Of a DNA stretch of 64,000 nucleotides, positions 9,057 to 19,568 are shown piece by piece. Within the stretch, counting starts at the first letter, position 1. Each line of letters starts with the position of its first letter. The stretch covers positions 3,296,001-3,360,000 of the forward strand of contig OZ242180.1 of the NCBI GenBank assembly GCA_965205485.1. The letters run 5' to 3'. The stretch comes from Candidatus Latescibacterota bacterium (GTDB lineage: Bacteria; Latescibacterota; UBA2968; GCA-2709665). The notes under the pieces were generated by a model. The model was not told the origin of the DNA. It saw nothing but the letters and a program-made list of their open reading frames with translations, and searched no databases. The position numbers were made by a program, and so were the translations under genes.

Positions 9057-10454
9057 TCAGATCAACCCGATAAGCCGCCAGTAAAGGAAGTTGAGGGGAA
9101 TAAGAAACAGGAGCGAGATCAGCGCCAGCAGAACCATGAGCCGGATGAATTGCCCCATATGCACGTAGCGGAAGCTGTACGCCAATATGAACGGCGCCGC
9201 CTGGTACGGAAAGAACCCGCAACTTGCGACAATGGCCATACAGAGGGCGGCGGGAAGCGGCGCCAGGCCGGTCTGTGCGGCGACCTCCAGGAGGACGGGC
9301 GTGAGGATGGCGGCAACCGCAGCCGTGTCCGCCAGAAAATTGAAGGGCAGAATGAAGGCCGAGAGCGCACCAAGCTGTGTAACCAGGCTGCCGTCAAAAC
9401 GGCTCAGCCATTCGGTAAATTGGCTGGCGAGCAGGGGGCTGAAACCGGTGGTCTCGAGCGCGTGACCCACGGAAAACGCGGCGGCGATGTAGATGAGCAG
9501 CGGAAAGTTGATCTTTTTCAGCAGGTCGGGATGCAGGGGTCCCAATCCGGGTAGATAACAGGCCAGAACAAGCCCCAGGCCCACGTAGGCCGGATGGATG
9601 CCGTGCAGCGCGTCTGTCGCCCAGAGCAATATGCCCGCAAACAGGATGCACAGGGTTTTCTTCTCTGCAGCCGTTACGCGGTCGGGGACTTCCTCATCGA
9701 CGTCGAGTCTCGTCCCGATGCGGTAATCCCCTCGCACCGGCAACAACAGCCGGATCAGCGCGTAACAGCACGCAACCCGGCACAGGGAGAATACGGGAAA
9801 GAGATACAGCGTCCACTGACCCCAGTAGACGATGATGTCCCGGGATTCCAGGACACCGAAGACCACCAGGCTGGGCACGGAAGCCGTAAGGACGCCGGTG
9901 CCGCCGTAGTATGTGGAACAGGCCAGGGAGAGGATCAGCGCCGCGCTCACCCGTGAACCGGGCGGTTCTCCAAGCGTCCGCAGCAGGGTGACGATGAGAG
10001 GCATCAGGATCAGGATTCGCACGACCCCCGAGGGGATGAGAAGCGCGGAGAGCATGCCCAGGACGTGGAGCGCGAGGATCAGCCCGTTCAGGCTCCCGAT
10101 GCGCCCCAGGACGAGGCGCGAGAGCCGTGTGCCCAACGGGGTTTCGGTAATGCCCAGGCTGAGGGCCATGCCGGCGAAGATGAGCCAGACGGTCTTGCTC
10201 GCGAAGGGTCCGAAGGCGGTCTCGAACGGGAGTACGCCCAGGACGGGAAAGAGGACGATCAGCAGCAGCGAACTGTATTCCAGGGGGACCGGTTCGAAGG
10301 TCCATAGAACGATCGTTGCAAGAGACAGCGCCAGCGCCAGACGCGGCACCGTGTCCAGGTCTCCCGGATACAGGATGACGAGCAGCGGTAGAAGAATGGC
10401 CAGAATCAGCCCGGCTGCGGTTTTTCGGGTCATTGTGGCGATACCTTGGTTCAT
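9057..10454 (-). CDS. DASS/SLC13 family anion or dicarboxylate transporter
   Basis: Many hydrophobic segments, F.SKTVWLIFAGM, IPSGVVR, GVLTASVPSL, FFPYQAAP. Start may be 10433. Confidence 0.88.
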   Translation of the reverse strand: MNQGIATMTRKTAAGLILAILLPLLVILYPGDLDTVPRLALALSLATIVLWTFEPVPLEYSSLLLIVLFPVLGVLPFETAFGPFASKTVWLIFAGMALSLGITETPLGTRLSRLVLGRIGSLNGLILALHVLGMLSALLIPSGVVRILILMPLIVTLLRTLGEPPGSRVSAALILSLACSTYYGGTGVLTASVPSLVVFGVLESRDIIVYWGQWTLYLFPVFSLCRVACCYALIRLLLPVRGDYRIGTRLDVDEEVPDRVTAAEKKTLCILFAGILLWATDALHGIHPAYVGLGLVLACYLPGLGPLHPDLLKKINFPLLIYIAAAFSVGHALETTGFSPLLASQFTEWLSRFDGSLVTQLGALSAFILPFNFLADTAAVAAILTPVLLEVAAQTGLAPLPAALCMAIVASCGFFPYQAAPFILAYSFRYVHMGQFIRLMVLLALISLLFLIPLNFLYWRLIGLI

Positions 10455-10652
10455 TGTGTGAACGCGAGAGATCGAAAATAGACAAAGAACTCACAAGATG
10501 CAATGAAATTAACAGGTTATGCGCGATTGAGGTCGTTCAATGCAATTCGCAGAGAGTACAGGTACTTTGCATGAAGATTGCCTTGCAGACTGGGACGGAT
10601 TTGGATCATTTAATGTGTGCCTGCCCCCTCCTTCGGGACAAAATACTCATGC

Positions 10653-10681
10653 TTGACATTAGTAATGTATTTCGTTATTAT
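10653..10681 (+). promoter_or_regulatory. Near-consensus sigma-70 promoter of higBA
   Basis: TTGACA(10653)-17 nt-TATTAT(10676), 8 nt upstream of the higB ATG. Confidence 0.75.
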
Positions 10682-10689
10682 ATGAATTT

Positions 10690-10968
10690 ATGAATCGGTT
10701 TAGAAATGACGACTCCCAGCGCCTCTTCGCCGGGCAACGGATCCGGCGATTGCCGGCCGACATTCAGCGACGTGCGCGTGTGAGATTGCAAAGAGTGATG
10801 GCGGCAGCGGCGCTCACCGACCTTTCGGTACCTCCTTCCCACCGACTCGAAGCCCTGAAAGGCGACCGCAAGGGCCAGTTCAGCATCCGCATCAATGACC
10901 AGTGGCGCGTGTGTTTTGTCTGGACGGACCGGGGCGCCATGGAAATCGAAGTCACCGACTACCACTGA
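10690..10968 (+). CDS. higB: HigB-family toxin (RelE/ParE superfamily, plasmid-maintenance killer type)
   Basis: DLSVPPSHRLEALKGDRKGQFSIRINDQWRVCFVW...VEVTDYH. Confidence 0.93.
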   Translation: MNRFRNDDSQRLFAGQRIRRLPADIQRRARVRLQRVMAAAALTDLSVPPSHRLEALKGDRKGQFSIRINDQWRVCFVWTDRGAMEIEVTDYH

Positions 10969-10979
10969 GGAGGTTGCTT

Positions 10980-11270
10980 ATGACAACCCCTGAACCGATA
11001 CACCCGGGAGAACATCTGGCGGAGATCGTCGAGGAGCTCGGCATTACACAATACCGCCTGGCCAAGACGATAGGCGTGCCGCAAGTACGCATCCACGATA
11101 TTGTCCATTGCCGCAGGTCCATTACGGCGGATACAGCGCTGCGAATCGGCAAGGCCCTGGGCATGACCCCCGACTTCTGGCTCAATCTGCAGCGGATGTA
11201 CGACCTTGACGTCGCCCGTTCCAGGACAGACGTCAGCGCCATCGAGCCGCTTGTCAAGGTATCGGGTTGA
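10980..11270 (+). CDS. higA: HigA-family antitoxin (XRE HTH)
   Basis: PIHPGEHL, ITQYRLAK, ITADTALR, FWLNLQ..YDL. GGAGG RBS; follows the toxin gene. Confidence 0.93.
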   Translation: MTTPEPIHPGEHLAEIVEELGITQYRLAKTIGVPQVRIHDIVHCRRSITADTALRIGKALGMTPDFWLNLQRMYDLDVARSRTDVSAIEPLVKVSG

Positions 11271-11310
11271 GCCCGCCCTGCACGACCGAATAGTACGTCA
11301 GGAGATCGAA

Positions 11311-11892
11311 ATGGCAGTGGATTTCCGCATCGTTGAGGAAACCTCCGACGTTCTTCCCGAATACGGTAGCGTGCCCATCGCCTTCGAAGTGAGCAGCCGA
11401 TTCCGGGTTGAACGGGTGTCCTGTGGCCTGGGGGGAATCCGGCTGATCGAGGAAGCCGTGAAGCCGCCCTATATCAAGGACTATGACGAACCCGATGGCC
11501 CCGAACGACTGGCGCGCAGATCGTGGGATTTGTCGAACTGGATCTTCCTGGGCGCGTTCCGGGAGCGAGAGCGCATCGGCGGCGCGATCGTCGCCTTTCA
11601 CGTCGACGACATGAACTATTGCGAAGGGCGGGAAGACCTCGCCGGCCTGTGGGACATTCGCGTCCGCCCGGACGACCGGGGACGGGGCGTCGGCAAGTCG
11701 CTGTTTCAACACGCCGAGACCTGTGCGAGGAATCGTGGTTGCAATCAGTTGAAGATAGAAACCCAGAACACCAACGTCGCCGCCTGCCGCTTCTATGCGC
11801 GCATGGGGGCCCGGCTGGGCAAGGTTCATATGTACGCCTACCACGGAGAAGGCCTGGACGAGGTGGAACTGACATGGTACAAGGATCTGTAG
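11311..11892 (+). CDS. GNAT acetyltransferase (streptothricin acetyltransferase-like)
   Basis: LWDIRVRPDDRGRGVGKSL, LKIETQNTNVAACRFYARMG. AGGAG RBS. Confidence 0.88.
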   Translation: MAVDFRIVEETSDVLPEYGSVPIAFEVSSRFRVERVSCGLGGIRLIEEAVKPPYIKDYDEPDGPERLARRSWDLSNWIFLGAFRERERIGGAIVAFHVDDMNYCEGREDLAGLWDIRVRPDDRGRGVGKSLFQHAETCARNRGCNQLKIETQNTNVAACRFYARMGARLGKVHMYAYHGEGLDEVELTWYKDL

Positions 11893-12092
11893 AGAAGTGT
11901 CAGTTCCCGACCAGAATCAGATAGCCCGCGACCCGATCGAAGTCTCCGCTCCCACCCGGCTCTTCCAATGTATCGCGGCGACGCCGGCGCCAGGATGGTC
12001 ATTGAATTAGCGCTGCGACTTCGATATATTTAAATGACTACAATGCACGAGGATTACTGCAAGGTTCCTCAACGTGACGATGAGAAAATAAA

Positions 12093-12788
12093 ATGACGCG
12101 CGACACTCCGAAACGTGGAGCCTCGGAATGCGGCCCGGCAGTTCGTCTGTCCGAAGACGCGCTCAAGGTGCAACCCTATTTCCCGACGCTCATTTTTTCT
12201 TTGGAAGTTCCGGAAAGCGAGACTCTGAACGGCGACCTGATCGAGGCGATCTACGCCGAACGAGAACGCGACAAAGCAGGGGTGCCCAAGTCGAACTTCC
12301 CGGAGTTGGGGAGTTGGCACAGCCACGTCAATCTGCACAAGGAGGTTACGTTTTCGGAGTTGGTTCAATACGTCGATGCGGCCTCGGACATGATGTGCCG
12401 CGAGCTCGGATATCACAGGTCCTATCATCTGAACATCGGCACCATGTGGTCGATCATCAATCCACCGGGTGGCGTGAACCGTGCTCATATCCATCCCGGC
12501 TGCACCTGGAGCGGCGTCTACTACGTCCAGGCGCCCAGGAATTCGGGTCGAATCGAGTTCATCGACCCGCGCACCCAGAACCTGATGAGTCCCGTCAAAT
12601 ACATCCCCGACACCAGGCGTCCACGAATCTGCTGGACGAAAGTCCGATACAAACCCGTGGCCGGTAGAATGCTGATCTTCCCGAGTTGGCTGTACCATAG
12701 CGTGGCGCCGAATCGATCCAGAGCCAGGGGTAAGGACGCCGATCGGATCATCGTGAGCTTCAACCTGTCTCAGAAAAAGCGCAGGTAG
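12093..12788 (+). CDS. TIGR02466-like putative 2OG-Fe(II) oxygenase
   Basis: WSIINPPGGVNRAHIHP...SGVYYV, IEFIDPR, MLIFPSWLYHSV, RIIVSFNL. Confidence 0.88.
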   Translation: MTRDTPKRGASECGPAVRLSEDALKVQPYFPTLIFSLEVPESETLNGDLIEAIYAERERDKAGVPKSNFPELGSWHSHVNLHKEVTFSELVQYVDAASDMMCRELGYHRSYHLNIGTMWSIINPPGGVNRAHIHPGCTWSGVYYVQAPRNSGRIEFIDPRTQNLMSPVKYIPDTRRPRICWTKVRYKPVAGRMLIFPSWLYHSVAPNRSRARGKDADRIIVSFNLSQKKRR

Positions 12789-12831
12789 TTACTCTGTAGT
12801 CTGCATTTACAGGACAGTAAAAGAGATTGAA

Positions 12832-13692
<861 letters not shown>

Positions 13693-13931
13693 CCGGCATT
13701 TCCGTGATTAGCGCGATTATCTTGATTGCGAGTTCCGGATAGCGTTTCTTACGCCGTCCGTCTCTTGAGTGTCCTGACCCGCGTGAAATTTGATCCGGAC
13801 TGCATCCCGAGAAGGGGACGGGCCATTCGCCGCGTTCCACACTTCGACGGATGAAAATTCACCAATATGCGAGTCTATTGCGATGAGCAGTGGTGAAGAC
13901 GCGCGACCGGCCTTATCGTGGTCTACGTGGA

Positions 13932-14165
13932 ATGAGCCGGAAAGGCGTATTGACCCGGCAGGTTGACGGCGCCCCGGTTGCAGTCTTCAGGATTCTGTTC
14001 GGCGCGTTGATGTTTGTGGAAGTCCTTCGATACTGGAAGTACGGCCGGATTGCCCGTTATTATGTCGATCCGGCCTTTTTTTCTCGTTTATCGAAGGAAT
14101 CCTCCCGTGCGGAAACTGGATGTATCTGGTGTATGCGTTGATGGGCGCCTCTTTACTATTGACGC
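13932..14165 (+). pseudogene. 5' remnant of an HTTM-domain (vitamin K-dependent gamma-carboxylase-like) gene, frameshifted in a T7 tract
   Basis: VDGAPVAVFRILFGALMFVEVLRYWKYGRIARYYVDPAF, then after the T7 at 14076-14082 another frame reads FSFIEGILPCGNWMYLVYALMGA. Both match the HTTM N-terminus. No downstream part found. Confidence 0.7.
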
Positions 14166-14203
14166 GTTTCTCCGAAGGAGCCGCGAGGGGTCCGTACATC
14201 GCC

Positions 14204-14232
14204 TTGACTTTCCGGAACGCGCTGGTCATATT
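14204..14232 (+). promoter_or_regulatory. Putative promoter of beta-propeller copy 1
   Basis: TTGACT-17 nt-CATATT; the surrounding sequence is conserved upstream of copy 2. Confidence 0.6.
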
Positions 14233-14341
14233 GGCATCCGCAAGTCCGACGCGAAGTCGAAACAGCCTGGCGAGGAGGAATAACCAAGGACAGCTTGGAC
14301 GAGAACAACCCCGCCATCGTCAATCCAACGGAAAATTAAAC

Positions 14342-16246
14342 ATGAGCCTTCTTCTCTTCGTGGCATTTGCGACAGTCCTCGCGGCACTTCTGTTGATCTT
14401 CAGGCGCGCGGCAAGCGCGGGGACCCGTGATTTCGGTGACGGGTTCGCGCGCCACGGCGTGGCGGCTCCGGTGTGTCGCGCGCGAGGGGTAGCGGCAACG
14501 GTTGACGGCGACGGGCGGCCGATCGTTCTGGCGTGGCCAATGGACCATCGGGGTTGCGGGTCGATTCTCGTGATCGACGCCCGGTCGGGTGAGGTGGAGC
14601 AGATTCCGACTCCGTTCGGGATGGCCTCCACGCCCTTTGCCGTGCTGCTGTCCTCCCGGAACCGGTTCTATTCTTATTTCGACAAGTTCGTGGAGTTCGA
14701 CGCCGAATCACGCCGCTTCACGTTCTGGTCCGACGCGCCGCCGAGATTCGCCATGTCGTTTACAGAAGACGATAACGGCACGGTCTGGACGTCCGCGTAT
14801 CCCAACTGCGAATTGCTGAGCTTCGATCCCGACAGTAGAAAACTGGAGAACCACGGCCCGCTGAACCATGAGAGTTGGCCGCAGTACCCGAGGACGATCG
14901 CGGTGGACAGTTCCGGGTGGGTCTACGCGGGCATCGGTTCCACGCGCGGGCAGATCGTTTCGTTCAATCCGGCAACAGGCGAACGTGCCGCATTGATTCC
15001 CGAGTCCGACCGCCGGCACGGCTCATCGACCGTCTACAGGGGCGTGGACGGCAAGGTGTACGGGAGGACGTTCGACACCGGTGCGTGGTGGGCGATGCTC
15101 GAAGGCGCGGTGACGCCCGTGGACGCGCCCGCCGCCGAGCGGCCGATCCTGGCCGGCATCCAGGAAGCGGTCCTGGACAATTTCCCGGATGGCTGGTCGC
15201 TCGACGAGATCAACCTTCCGGAGAAGTTCGTCGAGATCAACGAGGCGGGAACGGTAAGACGTCTGGAAATCGACTATGAATCGGCCGGGTCCCCCATCCT
15301 GTCGATCGCGGAGGGTCCGGACGGCAGAATCCACGGTTCGACCGGGCATCCCCTGAGGTTCTATACGTACGATCCGGAGGCGGATGCGTTCACCCACCAC
15401 GGGCTGTTGGACCTGATCGGACACCTGAACGCGCTCGCCGTTCAGGGCGAAAAGATCTACTGCGCGGAGTACGCGGACGGCAGGCTCTGGGAATACGACC
15501 CCGCGCGGCCCTGGGACGATCGGGCGCCCGAGGACCCGAACCCCAGGGTTTTGATATCCGTGAATCCCACGATTATCCGCCCGCACGCGCTGCTGGCGCA
15601 CCCGGACGGGCGGCGGTTGATCATGACGGGAACGCCGGGCTATGGCTTGACGGGCGGGGGGATGCTGATCTGGGATACCGGGTCCGGGAGCCATACGCTG
15701 TTGACCCACGAGGAGCTGATTCCCGCCCACAGCACGGTTTCGATTGTGGCGCTGCCGGACGGGAAGATCGTGTGCGGGACGACGATAAGTCCCGGAACGG
15801 GAGGTGAGACGCACGCGAAGGAGGCGGAACTCTACATTCTGGATCCGGATGATGGCCGTGTGCTGTTTCGCGAAGTGGTTGTGCCCGGCGCCACGGTGAT
15901 TCCGGACATGCTCCTGGGTCCCGACGGATTGATCTACGGCCTGGCCGCCGGATCCGCATTCTTCGTTTTCGATCCCGGGTCGCGCGAGATCGTCCACTTC
16001 GAGGCGACGCTGCCTTACGGCGACCTGGCGGGCCAACAGGCCCCCAGGATCATGGCGGCGGGGCCGGACAACGAGATCTACGTGCTCTTTCGCAACGCGA
16101 TCGTTCGGATCGAACCGGGTTCGTTCGAACACGCGTCGCTGGGAACACCCCCGGTGAATGCGAATGCGGGCATTGTCATTCGCGAAGGCAGGCTCTATTA
16201 TACCCACAGATCCGAAGTCTGGAGCTTCCGGATACCGGGCGTGTAG
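14342..16246 (+). CDS. Secreted beta-propeller repeat protein, paralog 1 (634 aa)
   Basis: Signal peptide; recurring blades (AEGPDGRIHGST, ALPDGKIVCGT, LGPDGLIYG, YDP). Same length as the paralog at 16586. Confidence 0.8.
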   Translation: MSLLLFVAFATVLAALLLIFRRAASAGTRDFGDGFARHGVAAPVCRARGVAATVDGDGRPIVLAWPMDHRGCGSILVIDARSGEVEQIPTPFGMASTPFAVLLSSRNRFYSYFDKFVEFDAESRRFTFWSDAPPRFAMSFTEDDNGTVWTSAYPNCELLSFDPDSRKLENHGPLNHESWPQYPRTIAVDSSGWVYAGIGSTRGQIVSFNPATGERAALIPESDRRHGSSTVYRGVDGKVYGRTFDTGAWWAMLEGAVTPVDAPAAERPILAGIQEAVLDNFPDGWSLDEINLPEKFVEINEAGTVRRLEIDYESAGSPILSIAEGPDGRIHGSTGHPLRFYTYDPEADAFTHHGLLDLIGHLNALAVQGEKIYCAEYADGRLWEYDPARPWDDRAPEDPNPRVLISVNPTIIRPHALLAHPDGRRLIMTGTPGYGLTGGGMLIWDTGSGSHTLLTHEELIPAHSTVSIVALPDGKIVCGTTISPGTGGETHAKEAELYILDPDDGRVLFREVVVPGATVIPDMLLGPDGLIYGLAAGSAFFVFDPGSREIVHFEATLPYGDLAGQQAPRIMAAGPDNEIYVLFRNAIVRIEPGSFEHASLGTPPVNANAGIVIREGRLYYTHRSEVWSFRIPGV

Positions 16247-16250
16247 AGGA

Positions 16251-16367
16251 AACGCTGCCTGCCGATTCTACGCGCGCATGGGGCCCCGGCTCGGCAGGGT
16301 CCATATGTACGCCTACCGCGGAGAAGGCCGGGACGAGGTGGAACTGACCCGGTTCATGGACCTTTAG
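16251..16367 (+). pseudogene. 3' fragment duplicated from the GNAT gene (11773-11892)
   Basis: NAACRFYARMGPRLGRVHMYAYRGEGRDEVELTRFMDL* vs NVAACRFYARMGARLGKVHMYAYHGEGLDEVELTWYKDL*. Confidence 0.88.
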
Positions 16368-16447
16368 CGAAGCGGCAAGCCGGGAGCCGAATAAGCATGC
16401 ATTGGCGCGCATGCCGAAGGGATCTGCCGTAGTACCGGTGCATCCGC

Positions 16448-16476
16448 TTGACTTTCCGGAACGCGCTGTTCACAAT
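16448..16476 (+). promoter_or_regulatory. Putative promoter of beta-propeller copy 2
   Basis: TTGACT-17 nt-CACAAT; spacer ttccggaacgcgctg shared with 14204. Confidence 0.6.
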
Positions 16477-16585
16477 TGACATCCGCGAGCCTCTGGCGAA
16501 GTCGAAACGGTCCGATTAGAACGAATAACGAAAGGCGGCTTCTGCGGTAGCGATCCCGCCGTCGTGAATCCTACAGAAGACAAAT

Positions 16586-18490
16586 ATGAGCCCCTTTCTC
16601 TTCGTAACTTTCACTACATTTCTCGCGGCCGTCCTGTTGTCAACCAGCCGATCGGCGAGCGCGGGGACCCGTGATTTCGGAAACGGCTTCGCGCGCCACG
16701 GCGTGGCGGCTCCGGTGTGTCGTGCGCGAGGGGTAGCGGCGACGGTTGACGGCCACGGGCGGCCGATCGTCCTGGCGTGGCCGATGGACCACCGCGGCTG
16801 CGGGTCGATTCTCGTGATCGACGCACAGACGGGTGAGGTGGAGCAGATTCCGACCCCGTTCGGGATGGCCTCCACGCCCTTTGCCGTGCTGCTGTCCACG
16901 CGCAACCGGTTTTATTCCTATTTCGATAAATTCGTGGAGTTCGACGCCGAGTCACGGCGTTTCACGTTCTGGACCGACGCGCCGCGAAATTTCGCCATGT
17001 CGTTTACGGAAGACGATAATGGCGTGGTCTGGACGTCCGCGTATCCAAACTGCGAACTGCTGAGTTACGTTCCGGACAGCGGGGAATTGAAAAACCACGG
17101 TCCGATGAACCGTGAGAAATGGCCGCAGTACCCCAGAACCATCGCGGTGGACAGCTCAGGGTGGGTCTACCTGGGTATCGGCTCCACGCGCGGACAGATC
17201 GTGTCATTCAATCCGACAACCGGCGAACGTAACGCGTTGATTCCCGAGTCCGACCGTCGACACGGCGCATCGACCGTCTACCGGGGGGTGAACGGCAAGG
17301 TGTACGGGAGACCCTACAATCGAGGACCCTGGTGGGAACTGCTCGAAAGGGCGGTGACGCTTGTGGACGCGCCCGCCGCAAAGCAGCCGATTCTGGAGGG
17401 CAGCCAGGAGGCGGTCCTGGACAATTTCCCGGAGGGCTGGTCGCTCGACGAGATCAACCTTCCGGAGAAGTTTGTCGAAGTCAGGGAGGCGGGAACGGTA
17501 AGGCGTCTGGAAATCGACTATGAATCGGCCGGATCCCACATTCTGTCGATCGCGGAGGGCCCGGACGGCAGGATCCACGGATCGACCGGGCATCCGCTCA
17601 GGTTCTATACGTACGATGCGCAGGCGGATACGATCATCGACCGCGGCCTGTGGGACCTGAGCGGACACCTGAACGCGCTCGCCGTTCAGGGCGAAAAGAT
17701 CTATTGCGGAGAGTATTCCGGCGGCAGGCTCTGGGAATACGACCCTGCCCGGCCGTGGGACGATCGGGCGCCCAAGGACCCCAACCCCAGGGTTTTGATA
17801 TCCGCGAGCCCGACGATTATCCGCCCGCACGCGTTGCTGGCGCACCCGGACGGGCGGCGGTTGATCATGACGGGAACGCCGGGCTATGGATTGACCGGCG
17901 GAGGGATGCTGATCTGGGATACCGGGTCCGGGAGCCATACGCTGTTGACCCACGAGGACCTGATTCCCGCCCACAGCACGGTATCGATTGTGGCGCTGCC
18001 GGACGGGAAACTCGTGTGCGGGACGACGATCAGTCCCGGCACGGGCGGGGAGGCGCACGCGAAGGAGGCGGAACTCTACATTCTGGATCCGGATGAAGGC
18101 CGTGTGCTGTTTCGCGACGTGGTTGTGCCCGGCGCCACGGTGATTCCGGACATGCTCCTGGGTCCGGACGGTCTGATCTACGGCCTGGCCGCCGGATCCG
18201 CATTCTTCGTATTCGATCCCGGGTCACGCGAGATCGTCCACTTCGAGGCGAAGCTGCCCTACGGCCACCTGGCGGGCCAGCAGGCGCCCAGAATCATGGC
18301 GACGGGACCCGACAATATGATCTACGCACTGTTTCAAGACGCGATCGTACGAATCGAACCCGGCACGTTCGAACACAAGGCGCTGGGAAAGCTCCCGGTG
18401 CGCGCGGGCGCGGGAATCGTAATTGACGACGGCAGGCTGTATTTCACACACGGTTCCGAAGTCTGGAGCTTCCGGATACCGGGCCTGTAA
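16586..18490 (+). CDS. Secreted beta-propeller repeat protein, paralog 2 (634 aa)
   Basis: Colinear and highly similar to 14342-16246. Confidence 0.8.
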   Translation: MSPFLFVTFTTFLAAVLLSTSRSASAGTRDFGNGFARHGVAAPVCRARGVAATVDGHGRPIVLAWPMDHRGCGSILVIDAQTGEVEQIPTPFGMASTPFAVLLSTRNRFYSYFDKFVEFDAESRRFTFWTDAPRNFAMSFTEDDNGVVWTSAYPNCELLSYVPDSGELKNHGPMNREKWPQYPRTIAVDSSGWVYLGIGSTRGQIVSFNPTTGERNALIPESDRRHGASTVYRGVNGKVYGRPYNRGPWWELLERAVTLVDAPAAKQPILEGSQEAVLDNFPEGWSLDEINLPEKFVEVREAGTVRRLEIDYESAGSHILSIAEGPDGRIHGSTGHPLRFYTYDAQADTIIDRGLWDLSGHLNALAVQGEKIYCGEYSGGRLWEYDPARPWDDRAPKDPNPRVLISASPTIIRPHALLAHPDGRRLIMTGTPGYGLTGGGMLIWDTGSGSHTLLTHEDLIPAHSTVSIVALPDGKLVCGTTISPGTGGEAHAKEAELYILDPDEGRVLFRDVVVPGATVIPDMLLGPDGLIYGLAAGSAFFVFDPGSREIVHFEAKLPYGHLAGQQAPRIMATGPDNMIYALFQDAIVRIEPGTFEHKALGKLPVRAGAGIVIDDGRLYFTHGSEVWSFRIPGL

Positions 18491-18561
18491 AGGACACGCC
18501 GACTGCCGTGACAGGTACGCGCGCCGGCACGAATTTCCTTCGTACGAGGCGGGGCGCCGGA

Positions 18562-19326
18562 TCAGGCAACCAGGGCCTCCCACAGCGCTTTGTAGTAACG
18601 CAGGAGCCGTTCCGGCTCCGGGCTGTCGGGGATTTCGGCCAGGGTATATCCGTCGTATCCTTCGGCTTTCAGCAGCCCGAAGAGTTCCCGCCAGGGGTAT
18701 TCGGCCTTGTGCAATTCGTTGATGTGCACGAGCCCGATTTTGTGTTTCAACATGTCGAAGCCGCTCCTGACCGAGCCGTCAACGACGTCCTGGGGGTTGC
18801 AGTTCCAGCAGATGTAGACGTTGTCATGGCCGGCATGGTCGATGATCGTGCGCATGCGCCGGGGTTCGCACGTGTCCCTGCCGTGTACCTCAACGCGAAT
18901 CTGGACGCCCAGGTCCACGGTTGCTTCGCCGCATTCTCCCAACGCGTGTCCGATCTGTTCCAGGGTCACTTCTTCCGGAATGCCTTTGTCCGTCTGCAGC
19001 GCGTTGGGACGCACCTTGACGCCGGAGCAGCCCAGGTCCGCGGCGAGTCTCGCGTATTCGACGGTCCCGTCGATATTCCGGCGCACGGTCTCCGGATCCG
19101 CGTCATGGTACTCGTAGACGCTTCCCAGGCCGACGATGTCGACTCCCGCGTCCTCGAACCGGCGTCTGACAGCGCTCCGTTCGGCGGATGAAAGCGCGAT
19201 CTCCACGCCGTGGGCGTGGGTGGTGCGCAGTTCAACGCCCTGGATCCCCGTGGTCTGGCACATGTCGATCAGCGTGGGTACATCCCAGTCTTTCGCGATC
19301 TGGTACGTGACGATTCCAAGTTTCAT
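18562..19326 (-). CDS. Sugar phosphate isomerase/epimerase (xylose isomerase-like TIM barrel)
   Basis: GVELRTTHAHGV, RVEVHG, CWN, LVHINEL, YTLAE. Confidence 0.88.
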   Translation of the reverse strand: MKLGIVTYQIAKDWDVPTLIDMCQTTGIQGVELRTTHAHGVEIALSSAERSAVRRRFEDAGVDIVGLGSVYEYHDADPETVRRNIDGTVEYARLAADLGCSGVKVRPNALQTDKGIPEEVTLEQIGHALGECGEATVDLGVQIRVEVHGRDTCEPRRMRTIIDHAGHDNVYICWNCNPQDVVDGSVRSGFDMLKHKIGLVHINELHKAEYPWRELFGLLKAEGYDGYTLAEIPDSPEPERLLRYYKALWEALVA

Positions 19327-19370
19327 CCGGGCGCTCCTTTCGTGCCTGGTTGGTTTTGGCGTTTGACTTC

Positions 19371-19398
19371 AAGATATCGGCATCCGGACGAATGTCAA
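19371..19398 (-). promoter_or_regulatory. Putative promoter of the isomerase gene
   Basis: Minus strand TTGACA-16 nt-TATCTT. Confidence 0.5.
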
Positions 19399-19568
19399 CG
19401 CCTTTGTATTTCGGGAATACCGTCGTCAGCCCCGCGTCCGTCGCTGATGTCCATTCGCAGGAGGGAACCCGCCGAAGATGCCATGGCTCGATCCTGAAAT
19501 GCGTTTGCATTTCCTGACAATGAGTTACGCGAGGAACCCGAGCTCTACGGAAAATACCGGGAGGACGG

